Source of the DNA: Eledone cirrhosa
Taxonomy: Eukaryota
Direction of reading: 5' to 3'
Assembly (NCBI GenBank): GCA_964016885.1
Contig: OZ024741.1
Location: 213,280,001 to 213,344,000, forward strand
Length of the DNA stretch: 64,000 nt
In this document: positions 13,940 through 25,629 of the stretch, piece after piece
Layout of the letters: each line of letters starts with the position of its first letter
Numbering within the stretch: the stretch's first letter is position 1
Made by a program: the position numbers and the translations under genes
The notes under the pieces: model-generated
What the model saw: only the letters and a program-made list of their open reading frames with translations
Databases searched by the model: none
What the model was told of the DNA's origin: nothing

Positions 13940-16095
13940 ATATGTGGTCGTGTGTGTATGAGAGGTCCTGTGTGTGTATGAGAGGTCATATGTGTGTGTA
14001 TGAGAGGTCGTGAGTGTGTATGACAGGTTGTGCGTGTGTATGAGAGGTGGTGTGTGTGTATGAGAGGTCGTGTGTGTGTATGAGAAGTCGTGTGTGTGTG
14101 TATGAGAGGTCGTGGGTGTGTATCAGAAGTCGGGTGTGTGTGTATGAGAGGTCGTGTGTGTGTATGAGAGGTCGTGTGTGTGTATGAGAGGTGGTGTGTA
14201 TGTATGAGAGGTCGTGTGTGTGTGTGAGATGTCGTGTGTGTGTGTATGAGAGGTCGTGTGTGTGTGTGAGAGGTCGTGTGTGTGTGTGAGAGGTCGTCTG
14301 TGTGTGGGAGAGGTCGTGTGTGTGTGTGAAAGATCGTGTGTGTGTGTGAGAGAGGTGTTGGGTGTGTGTGAGAGGTTGTGTGTGTGTGTGAGAGGTCGTG
14401 TGTGTGTGAGAGGTCGTGTGTGTGTATGAGAGGTCGTGTGTGTGTGTGAGAGGTCATGTGTGTGTATGAGAAGGCGCGTGTGTGTGTATGAGAGGTCGTG
14501 TGTGCGTGTGAAAGATCGTGTGTGTGTGAGAGAGGTCGTGTGTGTGTATGAGAGATCGTGTGTGTGTATGAGAGGTCGTGTGTGTGTATGAGAGGTCGTG
14601 TGTGTGTGTGAGAGGTCGCGTGTGTGTGTGAGAGGTCGCGTGTGTGTATGAGAAGTCGTGTGTGTGTGTATGAGAGGTCGTGTGTGTGTATCAGAAGTCG
14701 TGTGTGTGTGTATGAGAGGTCGTGTGTGTGTATGAGAGGTGGTGTGTATGTATGAGAGGTCGTGTGTGTGTGTGAGATGTCGTGTGTGTGTGTATGAGAG
14801 GTCGTGTGTGTGTGTATGAGAGGCCGTGTGTGTGTATGAGAGGTCGTGTGTGTGTGTATGAGAGGTTGTGTGTGTGTATGAGAAGTCGCGTGTGTGTATG
14901 AGAGGCCGTGTGTGTGTATGAGAGGTCGTGTGTGTGTATGAAAGGTCGTGTGTGTGTGTGTATGAGAGGCCGTGTGTTTATATGAGAAGTTGTGTGTGTG
15001 TGTATGAGAGGTCGTGTGTGTGTGAGAGAAGTGGTGTGTGTGTATGAGAGGTCGTGTGTGTGTATGAGAGGTCGTGTGTGTATGTGTGAGTGGTCGTATA
15101 TGTGTGTATGAGAGGTGTGTGTGTATGTATAAGAGGTCGTGTGTGTCTGTGTGAGAGGTTGTGTGTGTGTATGAGAGGTCGTGTGTGTGTGTGTATGAGA
15201 GGTCGTGTGTATGTATGAGAGATCGTGTGTGTGTGTGTGAGAGAGGTCGTGTGCGTGTGTGAGAGGTCGTGTGTGTGTGTGTATGAGAGGTCGTGTGTGT
15301 GTATGAGAGGTGGTGTGTGTGTGTGAGAGGTCGTGTGTGTGTATGAGAGGTCGTGTGTGTGTGTGAGAGGTCGTGTGTGTGTATGAGAGGTAGTGTGTGT
15401 GTGTGAGAGGTCGTGTGTGTGTATGAGAGGCCGTGTGTGTGTGTGAGAGGTCGTGTGTGTGAGAGGTCGTGTGTGTCTATGAGAGGTCGTGTGTGTGTAT
15501 GAGAGGTCGTGTGTGTGTGTGAGAGGTCGTGTGTGTGTGTGAGAGGTCGTGTGTGTGTATGAGAGGTCGTGTGTGTGTGTGTGAGAGGTCGTGTGCGTGT
15601 GTGAGAGGTGGTGTGTGTGTATGAGAGGTCGTGTGTGTGTGTGTATGAGAGGTCGCGTGTGTGTGTGAGAGGTCGTGTGTGTGTGAGAGAAGTCGTGTGT
15701 GTGAGAGGTTGTGTGTGTGTATGAGAGGTCGTGTGTGTGTATGAGAGGTCGTGTGTGTGTATGAGAGGTCGTGTGTGTGTATGAGAGGTCGTGGGTGTGT
15801 GTATGAGAGGTTGTGTGTGTGTATGAGAGGCCGTGTGTGTGTATGAGAGGTCGTGTGTGTGTATGAGAGGTCGTGTGTGTGTATGAGAGGTCGTGTGTGT
15901 GTATGAGAGGTCGTGTGTGTGTATGAGAGGTCGTGTGTGTATGTGTGAGTGGTCGTATATGTGTGTATGATAGGTTGTGTGTGTATGTATAAGAGGTCGT
16001 GTGTCTCTGTGTATGAGAGGTCGTGAGTGTGTGTGGTTGTGTGTGTATGTATGTTTGAGAGGACGTGTGTGTATATATGAGAGGTTGTGTGTGTA
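13940..16095. repeat. Minisatellite, ~20-bp unit GTATGAGAGGTC(GT)n
   Basis: Direct inspection, about 2.1 kb. Confidence 0.95.
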
Positions 16096-16255
16096 TGTTT
16101 GTTATCCTCTATGTTTATATATGTATTCGTGGTGTGTGTGTATGTATGTGTGTGTGTATATTCTCTAAACATGGATCCATATACATATACACATATATAT
16201 ATATAAGTACCTCTGTTGTTTGTATGTATGGTTTACATCATCTGTGCATGTATAC

Positions 16256-16288
<33 letters not shown>

Positions 16289-16338
16289 TGTATGTATGTA
16301 TGTATGTATCACACAATGCGTGTGTGTGTGTATGCTTG

Positions 16339-16542
16339 TACGAAAGTAGGCTGAAAAGTTCATAAACTGACTATGAAGGACTGATGCTAGAGCTGTGAAA
16401 TCTTGCATGGATTAATTTTAATTTTTCATATGAATAATTGCATTGTTTCTTTCCAGGGACTGTGTTGAAAAAATAAACGTCATTTGGTCATTCCATGAGA
16501 GTATCTTGGTCAGTCTATGGACTTTTCAGAACGATTCCCTTA
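16339..16542. mobile_element. Tc1/mariner-type MITE
   Basis: Imperfect TIRs TACGAAAGTAGGCTGAAAAGTTCATAAACTGAC / GTCAGTCTATGGACTTTTCAGAACGATTCCCTTA with TA ends. Confidence 0.65.
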
Positions 16543-16775
16543 TGTGCATGGCTACTGTAGTTTGGTAAACCATCGTCCCGTGCCGGTCCTAGACTTGTGG
16601 GTGGAATTAGTTTGGTCTAGATTGTGTGGAAGCTCGTCAGATGGATAGAAGATGGAGGGAAAACATATGTAGTGTGGTAAAAAAATATATACATAAATAT
16701 TAGGTCTGAACATAATGGAATCAAATACCCTTTATCACTGCCTCCGTACCTCTTGGAGGATGGTGAGGGAGACAC

Positions 16776-17675
16776 GTTGGAAGAGAGTTAAGACATTCCT
16801 GTTAACCTGTTAATTATGGGCATGTGGTTAGAATGTCTCAGGTAAGAATCGCAGGAGTTACTCCAGGTAGAGCTGCTACTTCTCCATATTGAGAGATCAC
16901 AGCTCCTATACAACAGGAATGTGGTTAGAGTGTCTCAGGTAAGAATCGCAGTAGTTACTCCAGGTAGAGCTGCTACTTCTCTATATTGAGAGATCACAGC
17001 TCCTATACTACAGGAATGTGGTTAGAATGTCTCAGGTAAGAATCGCAGGAGTTACTCCAGGTAGAGCTGCTACTTCTCTATATTGAGAGATCACAGCTCC
17101 TATACTACAGGAATGTGGTTAGAATGTCTCAGGTAAGAATCGCAGGAGTTACTCCAGGTAGAGCTGCTACTTCTCTATATTGAGAGATCACAGCTCCTAT
17201 ACAACAGGAATGTGGTTAGAATGTCTCAGGTAAGAATCGCAGGAGTCACTCCAGGTAGAGCTGCTACTCCTCCATATTGAGAGATCACAGCTCCTATACA
17301 ACAGGAATGTGGTTAGAGTGTCTCAGGTAAGAATCGCAGGAGTCACTCCAGGTAGAGCTGCTACTCCTCCATATTGAGAGATCACAGCTCCTATACAACA
17401 GGAATGTGGTTAGAATGTCTCAGGTAAGAATCGCTGGACTGATTTTAGGGGCAAAATCAAAAACCAACAGGCAGGAGATCCAGAGGTAGATCCAGAGCAA
17501 GATGGTTGGATAACATCCATGAGCTTGGCTGGTCTCGCTCGAGGATCCAGCCAGATATTTTGGAGACGGTTGCTTCTGACAGAACCCGCTGGAGGGAGTG
17601 TTTGAGAATTCAGCCCCATGACCCTCCCAGGATTGAGTGGAAGAAGAAGAAGAAGAAGAAGAAGAAGAAGAAGAA
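16776..17675 (+). mobile_element. RTE-derived non-autonomous element with an internal 97-bp tandem array (6 full units + partial) and (GAA)n tail
   Basis: Unit starts at 16822, 16919, 17016 and so on. The unit encodes LQVELLLLHIERSQLLYNRNVVRMSQVRIA (RTE ...IERSQLRWxGHVxRM motif). The 3' part encodes RGRSRARWLDNI...ASDRTRWR, typical of the RTE C-terminus. Confidence 0.8.
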
Positions 17676-17816
17676 GGTAGATATTCAGAGAGTCAGAATT
17701 TTCTGGAATGTTAGTCAAAGACATAATGGTGACCTGTTTAGAGAGAATGGTGTTGAAGGGAGTGAGAGAGATAGAGGGACATAGAGGGAAAGAGAGTGTT
17801 TGTGTTTGTGTGTGTG

Positions 17817-17853
<37 letters not shown>

Positions 17854-18892
17854 TAGAGAGAGAGAGAGTGACAGAGAGAGAGAAAGAGAGAGACAGAACG
17901 AGGGAGAGAGGGAGAGAAGGAATGAGTGGGAAGTATTTGATGTGAGAGGGTGAGAAAACAGAGTACAGACTGCAGTGAAATGATGGGTAAAGAACATAAT
18001 AGAGAGATGTGAGGAACTGGAGCAAGAGTGAAGATTGAAAATAATTCAGGATGTAAAGAGAACGACATTAAGGGGTTGGGGGATGGGAGATATGATAAAA
18101 ATAGAAAGAGAGAGAGAAAGAAAGAATGTAGACGTTAGTGAGACACAGAATAACTGAGATACAGATATATAGAGAGAGGGGTATAGAGAGAGAGAGAAGG
18201 GGAGAGATGGGGGATTAGGAAGCTTTGAGACAGATAAATAGAATGAGAATCAAAGCGAGAGAGAGAGAGAGAGAGAGAGCGAGACGGAGAGTAAACGTTA
18301 AAGGTACATCGAGAGGCAGGTATACAAAGAGAGAGAGAGAGAGAGAGGGGGAGAGGGAGAGAGAGAGAGAGAGAGAGGGGGGGGGGAGAGGGAGAGAGAG
18401 AGATAAAGACATATATAGAAAGAGAGAGAGAGATTCAACCGAAATATAATTTTTGAGGTGCCTGATATGTTTTTAGTATCGGTAGATGGTCGGACGCCAT
18501 GCTTTGCAGCATAGAGTTACGGCCCTTTGTGGTCTGATTTCATATCCTGCCGGGGTTAACTTTGCCTTTCATCCTTACGGGGTCGATAAAATAAAGTACC
18601 AGTAATGTACTGGGATAATTGCTGGCCTTGTGCCAAAAATTAGAAACAATTATATTATATTAAGATATTATATTTCCCGCTACTCCATTTCAATTAAGCT
18701 TCAAATCTCAGTAACCCCAGCAGTTTGGGGATTAAATCTGCGATGGACTAGCCTCTCACCCGGAGTGGTGGAATCTTGTACTCTCTGTCGCTTAAAGATA
18801 TTGAATCCGAGATAATCAAGGATCCGATGCGCATTTGGGCTTGTGACAAACAATATATGTCTACTGGTGAAGCTGGCTTAGTTTTGGCTATC

Positions 18893-18935
18893 GTTCGCTG
18901 AAGAGCTCCTACATAAGGCTGAAACGTGTCCGCAT
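18893..18935 (+). ncRNA. Degenerate minimal type-I hammerhead ribozyme
   Basis: GTTCG-CTGAAGA-GCTCCTACATAAGGCT-GAAA-CGTG-TC-CGCAT. Core intact; stems I and II have mismatches. Confidence 0.5.
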
Positions 18936-19324
18936 CTGTTTATCAGGCTTCTGCCGCACGAAGATCAACTTTTTGTCTACACGTGTAAATTATTATTATT
19001 TTCTTCTTTGTTTGTGCAGTTGGAATGCCAATATCGGTAGAGCGTCGGACGACATGCCTCGTGGCATAGAGTTACGGCCCTTTACGTACATAGTTAAATT
19101 GCCTTTCATCTTTACGATGTCAATAAAATATAGTACCAGTAACACCACTGTGTTACTGGTACTATATTTTAGAGTTTTTGTTTTCAAGGTGGTGGTAGAT
19201 CTGGTTGTGGTGGTGGTGGTTGCCGTGGTAAGCCCTAATTGAGTGGACATATAATCAAAGAAGTTTCCAGCCGCTGGTTGACCATCCAACACCACCACCA
19301 CAAACAACAACAACAACAACAACA

Positions 19325-19381
<57 letters not shown>

Positions 19382-19478
19382 GCTGCTGCTGTTACTGCTA
19401 CTACTACTACTACCGCCACCACCACTGCTTCTACTACCTCCATAACCACCACCACCAACATCAGCATCACCAGCACCG

Positions 19479-19515
<37 letters not shown>

Positions 19516-19643
19516 CAGATTGTCCAACACTTCAGATGTTGAAGGAATTGGGCAACGAAGCTCTACCTCTACTAGTTTAATAACCGGTTCTTTCGCCACA
19601 TGTTCTATCATTTCGACAACTTCTAACAAGGAACAGTCTAGAA

Positions 19644-19934
19644 CAGTCATGGGCAATCTACGGCCCACGGAGCTTTCTAAATGGCTACCCTATGTCACCT
19701 AAATGAAATCTCTCTGATTTTTTTTAGCCCAACTTTTCAGTCGTAATTTACCTTTCTATCATTTTTATGATCGAGGAAAACAACGTGTACGAATTCTGAA
19801 GAAACAAATCAAAACAACCTGAGTTACCACCCTTTTTGTAATGTGGCCACGAATGTAAATTAGCGCTTGCGGCCCGCCTGATGATGAACCATATCTCATG
19901 CGGCCCGCTTCTCGAAAAAGGTTGCCCATGCCTG
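19644..19934. mobile_element. hAT (Charlie-like) MITE
   Basis: TIRs CAGTCATGGGCAATCT / AGGTTGCCCATGCCTG. 8-bp TSD GTCTAGAA (19636-43) / GTCTACAA (19935-42) fits the NTCTAGAN target preference. Confidence 0.85.
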
Positions 19935-20174
19935 GTCTACAACAACCAAACAGCCGCAAAAAAGAAAACAGCCTTTGAAGAATTCCCTGCTCCAGAACTT
20001 CTGAATTCTGCGTTACTGGAATAAATAAAATGGTATTTTGATGCCAAATATGTGCAGATTCTAATGTCTTTTATTACGATCAATAAAGTTTATGCTGGAC
20101 TGAAATTGGTTGTTTGAAATTAATGTTTAAAAATCTGCATTAAAATCTGAAGAATCTGATACTATTGTTGGTGT

Positions 20175-21610
20175 GATGGATTGGCAGAATCGGTAGAGCG
20201 TCATAAAAATGCTTTGTGGTATTCATTCCGGCTTTTTACATACTAATTTCAAATCCCCCCGCGGTCAAATTTACTTTTGATCCTTACGGCGTCGATAAAA
20301 TAAAGTAATGCACTTGGGTTGATTTAATCGACTTTCCCCTCTCCCAAATAGTTGGCCATGTGCCTAAATCAGAAACCATCATAAGGTTGGTGGAGTAGCA
20401 GAATCGGTAGACCGCCGGAGATCATGCTCTGCGATATTTGTTCAGGTTTTTAAGTACGGGGTTCAAATCCCGCGGAGGCTATCTGTACCTTTCATCCTTA
20501 CGATGTCAATAAAATATAGTACCAGTAATACACTGGGCTCGACTTAATTGATTCTTCACTTCCCTTTAAATTGCTGTCCCTGTGCCAAAAGTTGAGGCAA
20601 TTATTATTATTAAGGTGGTGGATTAAGAGCGTCGGACACCATGCTTTGTGGCATAGAGTTATTGCCCTTTACGTTCTGAGTTCAAATCATGTCGAATTTA
20701 ACTTTGCCTGTCATCCTTACGGGGTCGATAAAATAAAGTACCAGTAATGCACTGGTGTCGATTTAATCGACTTTCCTTCTCTCCCCAAAATTGTTGGCCT
20801 TGTGCCTAAATCAGAAACAATTATTAGTATTAGAGCAGGAACTTATCGGTAGAGTGTCGGACACCCTGCTTTTCAGAATAGAGTTACGGCCCTTTACGAT
20901 CTGAGTTCAAATCCCGCCGAGGTTAACTTTGCCTTTCATTCTTACGGGGTCGATAAAATAAAGTACCAGTCACGCACTGGGGTCGATTTTATTGACTTTT
21001 CCCTCCCAACAGAATTGCTGGTCTTGTGCCTATATAAGAAGCCATTAGTGGAGCGGGAACTATTATTAGAGCGGTAGTTTGCCAGTATCGGTAGAGAGTC
21101 GGACGCCATGCTTTGACGCATAGAGTTACGGCCCTTTCCATTCTGAGTTCAAATCACACCGAGGTTAACATTGCCTTTCGTCCTTACAGAGTCGATAAAA
21201 TAAAGTACCAGTAATGTACCAGTAATAATTGCTGGCCTTGTGCCAAATGTAGAAACAATTATTAGAGCGGAAACTGGCAGAATTGATAGAGCATCGGACA
21301 TCATGCTTTGCGGTATTTGTTCTGGCTTGTTAATACTGAGTTCAAATCCCACCGACGTTAACTGTGACTTTTACCCTTCCGGGGTTGATAAAATATAGTT
21401 GTTTCTACTTTTGGCACAAGGCCAGCAATTACGCAGTACATTACTGGTACTTTATTTTATCGACACCGTAAGGATGAAAGGAAAAGTTAACCTCGACGGG
21501 ATTTGAACTCAGACCATAAAGGGACGTAACTATGCTGGAAAGCATGGCGTCCGACTCTCTACCGATACTGCCAATCCACCGCCCTGGGGTCGATAAAATA
21601 TAGTACCAAT
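20175..21610 (+). mobile_element. Long SINE cluster (about 6 copies on +, one on - at 21398-21584)
   Basis: Repeated consensus units of varying divergence. Confidence 0.85.
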
Positions 21611-21676
21611 CTAATAAAATCGACTTCACTCTGCCCCCAAGTTGTTGGTCTTATACCAATATTAATTGAATAGTTA

Positions 21677-22425
21677 TTGTTGCTGATGTTGATGATGTTG
21701 TGTTTGTTGTTGTTGTTACTGATGATGATGCTGCTGATGTTGTTGTTGTTGTTGCTGCAGCTGCTGGTGTTGTTGTTGTTGTTGCTGTTGTTGGTGTTGT
21801 TGTTGTTGTTGTTGTTGCTGCAGCTGCTGATGATGTTGTTGTTGTTGTTGTTGTTGCTGCAGCTGCTGGTGTTGTTGTTGTTGTTGTTGTTGCTGCAGCT
21901 GCTGGTGTTGTTGTTGTTGTTGTTTTTTGTTATTGTTGTTGTTGCTGATGATGCTGTTTTTGTTGCTGCTGATGTTGTTGTTGTTTTTGTTGCTGCAACT
22001 GCTGGTGGTGTTGTTGTTGTTGTTGTTGTTGCTGCAGCTGCTGGTGGTGGTGTTGTTGTTGCTGTTGTTGATGTTTTTGTTGTTGCTGTTGTTTATATTG
22101 TTGTTGTTGTTGCTGTTGTTTATATTGTTGTTGATGATGATGATGTGTTTGTTGTTGTTGATGATGATGATGTTGCTGCTGATGTTGTTGTTGTTGTTGT
22201 TGTTGTTGCTGTTGTTTATATTGTTGTTGTTGTTGCTGTTGTTTATATTGTTGTTGATGATGATGATGTGTTTGTTGTTGTTGTTACTGATGATGTTGCT
22301 GCTGATGTTGTTGTTGTTTGTTGTTGTTGTTGCTGCTGCTGTTTATATTGTTGTTGTTGTTGTTTCTGTTGATTATATTGTTGTTGTTGTTGCTGTTGTT
22401 TATATTGTTGTTGATTTGGTGATGT
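21677..22425. repeat. Cryptic (GTT/GCT/GAT)n triplet repeat
   Basis: Direct inspection; explains the poly-Leu and poly-Val ORFs. Confidence 0.95.
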
Positions 22426-22724
22426 ATGGTGGAAATAATATGTAATTAATTCTAGGTGTATGGCGAAAGACGAAATTTATTTGCAAATAGTGCAGAAAAT
22501 AAATATTTTGGAAATGTGTGGAGAATGGCAGACTTTCAAAATGGCATTCCATCTATCTGTTTATCTATCTATCTATTTATTTATTCATCTATCTATCAAT
22601 GAATATATGAGTGTGTGCGCGCGTGTATGTGTGTGAGTGTGTGTTTGTATGTATCATACTCCCTTTCCTTCTCTCTCTCTATAAATATATATAGAGAGAG
22701 AGAGGGGGGGAAAGGGAGTATGAT

Positions 22725-22793
<69 letters not shown>

Positions 22794-23110
22794 TATGGAG
22801 TAAGCTGAGATACAACCGGTCCTGGCATTGATAAATATGGTGGGTACGTCAACTCCTTATCATATATATTACATATTATTTCCACCAAACATCACCAAAT
22901 CAACAACAATATAAACAACAGCAACAACAAAAACAACATCAACAACAGCAACAACAACAACAATATAAACAACAGCAACAACAAAAACAACATCAACAAC
23001 ATCAACAACAACAACAACAAAAAAACCTCTATCCAGTGGTGAACCTCAAACCTGAATAAATATATATATATATATAATTAGATAATTTGTATTCCAATGT
23101 TACTAAGTAG

Positions 23111-23584
23111 TTGCATTGGATTCTACTGCAGGATTCTACTGCAAAACATAAAAATAGTTGTAACTGCACCAAACCAGGTACGTGCCCACTGAATAACCAG
23201 TGCCTAGCACGCAATATTGTCTACCGGTGTACAATAAATTCCGGGACCAACAAATGGTATTACGTCGGATGTACCGCAACTTCTTTCAAGGCTCGCCTAT
23301 ACCAACATCGATCTTCGATCAGGCACGAGAAAATGCGCTCCGTAACAACCCTCGCCGATAAAGCCTGGCAGCTTCGGAGGAACAATCAAGCGTTCTCCCT
23401 TGATTGGCAAATTATTGCAGCTGCGCCTGCATATCAGCAAAATCATCGATTCTGCAAGTTATGCAATTTAGAGATATACTGCATTTTAACGTCGGTAAAC
23501 AAACTTTTGAACAGCAAAATTGAACGTTCTCTATACTGTAACCATCGTTTGAAAACGACTTTTTCTTTTTTTAAATGCATATAA
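23111..23584 (+). CDS. PLE GIY-YIG endonuclease domain (C-terminal fragment)
   Basis: CNCx5CPLx3C zinc motif, NIVY...YVG, FKARLYQH, WQII...CKLCxxE...LLN...CxH. This arrangement is characteristic of Naiad-clade PLEs. Confidence 0.9.
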   Translation: MHWILLQDSTAKHKNSCNCTKPGTCPLNNQCLARNIVYRCTINSGTNKWYYVGCTATSFKARLYQHRSSIRHEKMRSVTTLADKAWQLRRNNQAFSLDWQIIAAAPAYQQNHRFCKLCNLEIYCILTSVNKLLNSKIERSLYCNHRLKTTFSFFKCI

Positions 23585-23978
23585 TGTTACCTTTTTACAC
23601 CAACGTTTGCAAATTTCTGTCTTATATGTTTATACACTAGATATGACTTTCTATAATAATAGTACTAAACACTTTAGAAATAACCTGCTACTATAATAGC
23701 CCTAATAACTTGTCTGTGACATTGTACCACTTTGACCCCTCTAACTAAATTTTGTCCGAACAACACCACTAGAAGTATCTACTTCCCAGCCAACCTTAGC
23801 ACGCCTCATTAAGCTAACTGCTGCCAAAACATTCTCTCTTCACAATCTCTACTAGTCTGACAGTTTTAAACCCTAAGACTCCCTCCACCTTACTCACTTC
23901 CCTCTTCCCCTTCTCTTCCTACCTCCTTCTTTATCTTTTATCTAGTGTATAAAATATTTTCATATCATTCTAATACAA

Positions 23979-24095
23979 AGGTCTGATGACATGGTGTGTT
24001 GGCTTACAGTGTACTTTCGGTTTTTGATAATATTTGTGTATTATTCAAATAGCGAGGTATAGGTAACTCATACACTATAGAAACAATTGTTACCT
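23979..24095 (+). ncRNA. Type-I hammerhead ribozyme with extended stem II
   Basis: AGGT-CTGATGA-C-ATGGTGTGT...ATACACTAT-A-GAAA-CAATTG-TT-ACCT; palindromic stem III; AATAAA follows immediately. Confidence 0.75.
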
Positions 24096-24291
24096 AATAA
24101 ATTCTATATACCCGCATTTCCATTTCGTAAATTTTTTCTCCATATATATATATATATATATGCAAAAGTTCTATTTAAATTGTTAGGATACAACAAGCAA
24201 ATATTTTTATAACTGATATAAAGCACTCGACAAATATTTGGAGTAGATATACGATATTAATAAATGGAAACTATATTTATAAAACCATATT

Positions 24292-24356
24292 TATTTCATT
24301 ATATATATTTCAAGGATATCAAGTTAAATTATGGTATGCCTTCATCAGACAAAATA
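24292..24356 (-). ncRNA. Hammerhead ribozyme (mirror copy in the left arm)
   Basis: Reverse complement of 24480-24544. Confidence 0.7.
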
Positions 24357-24479
24357 CAATATATAACAGTTTTATAAATAGACATTGACGTACCCTTTTA
24401 AATCCTGATGGCCTCCAAAATCAACGGGCACTTTTTAAAAGGGTACGTCAATGTCTATTTATAAAACTGTTATATATTG

Positions 24480-24544
24480 TATTTTGTCTGATGAAGGCAT
24501 ACCATGATTTAACTTGGTATCCTTGAAATATATATAATGAAATA
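24480..24544 (+). ncRNA. Type-I hammerhead ribozyme
   Basis: TATTTTGT-CTGATGA-AGGCATACCA..TGGTATCCTT-GAAA-TATATA-TA-ATGAAATA; 8-bp stem I including wobbles; palindromic stem III. Confidence 0.75.
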
Positions 24545-24655
24545 AATATAGTTTTATAAATAATGTTTCCATTTATTAATATCGTATATATATATATATA
24601 TATACATATATAGATATATATTAGTTATGTAATAAACAACATAAGATAATTATTT

Positions 24656-24706
24656 CATTTACCAGTTGTTTCTTGAAAGCAGATACTGCTTTCAGTCATC
24701 AGAATG
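24656..24706 (-). ncRNA. Type-I hammerhead ribozyme in a pLTR remnant (about 24620-24812)
   Basis: Minus strand reads CATT-CTGATGA-C-TGAAAGCAG-TAT-CTGCTTTCA-A-GAAA-CAACTGG-TA-AATG. Confidence 0.8.
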
Positions 24707-24829
24707 GATAAAACATGGTGTTTTTATTAAATTTGGATTTGAAAACAAAATATAAGAAATATGAAAGTGAGGCTTAGGAAATAACGGGCGAAAAAGGAGA
24801 AGAGAAAAAAAGAATATATATATATATAA

Positions 24830-24867
<38 letters not shown>

Positions 24868-25244
24868 CTAGGGTGGGTAAAATTCCCGAGATCCATGGAC
24901 GAATTCTCTCCAGCGGTCTCTGTCCCACATTATCGCTGCCATGTCCTGCGTCTCCAACAGACCAGTGTCTGTCCTTAAGACATCAACATACGTTAACCTT
25001 GGTCTTCCTCTTTCAGTGTGTCCATGTAGGGGCTCCCACGGGAGCACTGAGTGCAATGTCAACTCTGGATGTCGGTGAGCATGTCCAGCTAACCTCAGTG
25101 TCCTCTGTGTCACGTGTGAGCTGCCTTTTGGAGGCTCCCATACAGCTCTGAGTTGTTCATCCTCAGTGTAGCACCCATCCACCATCTGTAGTGGAGTCTG
25201 TGCTGCTGTACGGGTCTGAGACTTGGACACTGACCAAGAAACTC
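24868..25244 (-). mobile_element. RTE/RTEX-clade 3' fragment with 5' inversion, in (TA)n
   Basis: Minus strand encodes LRLAGHAHRH...WEP..G...RGRPRLTYVDVL..DTG...DRDRWR. Segment about 25188-25244 encodes VESVLLYGSETWTLTKKL on the + strand. Confidence 0.85.
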
Positions 25245-25413
25245 ACATATATATATATATACATATATATATATACACACATATATATGAAAAATCAATA
25301 AATAAACAATCACACACTCAACGACGCGCATATACTTAAAAAGTACGTACACATAAGCTGTCACATAAGCGTATATGTATCAACCGACATTGACAAAATA
25401 CATACACGAGCGG

Positions 25414-25476
25414 TGGGAGGGACCGTCCTGACGAAGGTCAGTTAAGCCTGAAATACATAGACGGTTGTCCCTCTTG
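25414..25476 (+). ncRNA. Type-I hammerhead ribozyme with bulged extended stem I
   Basis: GGGAGGG-ACCGTC-CTGACGA-AGGTCAGTTAAGCCT-GAAA-TACA-TA-GACGGT-TGT-CCCTCTT; predicted cleavage after 25459. Confidence 0.88.
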
Positions 25477-25629
25477 CTTCTGCTGGACATCACCAGAGGG
25501 CGTTAGCCCCCCCCCCCCGATGTTTGCATAGCTACGGCTTCCTAAAACCGTATTTCCTTGGAGATATGAAATACTTATACATATATATATATACATAAAT
25601 ATGTTTTGAAACAGTGAGCAGGTTTGAAA

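Larger units (their letters stand above)
23090..24141 (+). mobile_element. 5'-truncated Penelope-like element (Naiad-type) in (TA)n
   Basis: GIY-YIG C-terminal ORF, 3' UTR, hammerhead, AATAAA (24096-24101), (TA)n on both sides. Confidence 0.85.
24247..24589. repeat. Fold-back inverted repeat (156-bp arms, 31-bp spacer) of a PLE pLTR
   Basis: 24247-24402 is the near-perfect reverse complement of 24434-24589; each arm contains a hammerhead. Confidence 0.9.

Noticed and set aside
23111-24141. Selenocysteine/SECIS usage reported for some Naiad PLEs
   Set aside because: No in-frame TGA at Cys positions was seen in the GIY-YIG fragments, and no convincing SECIS was identified.
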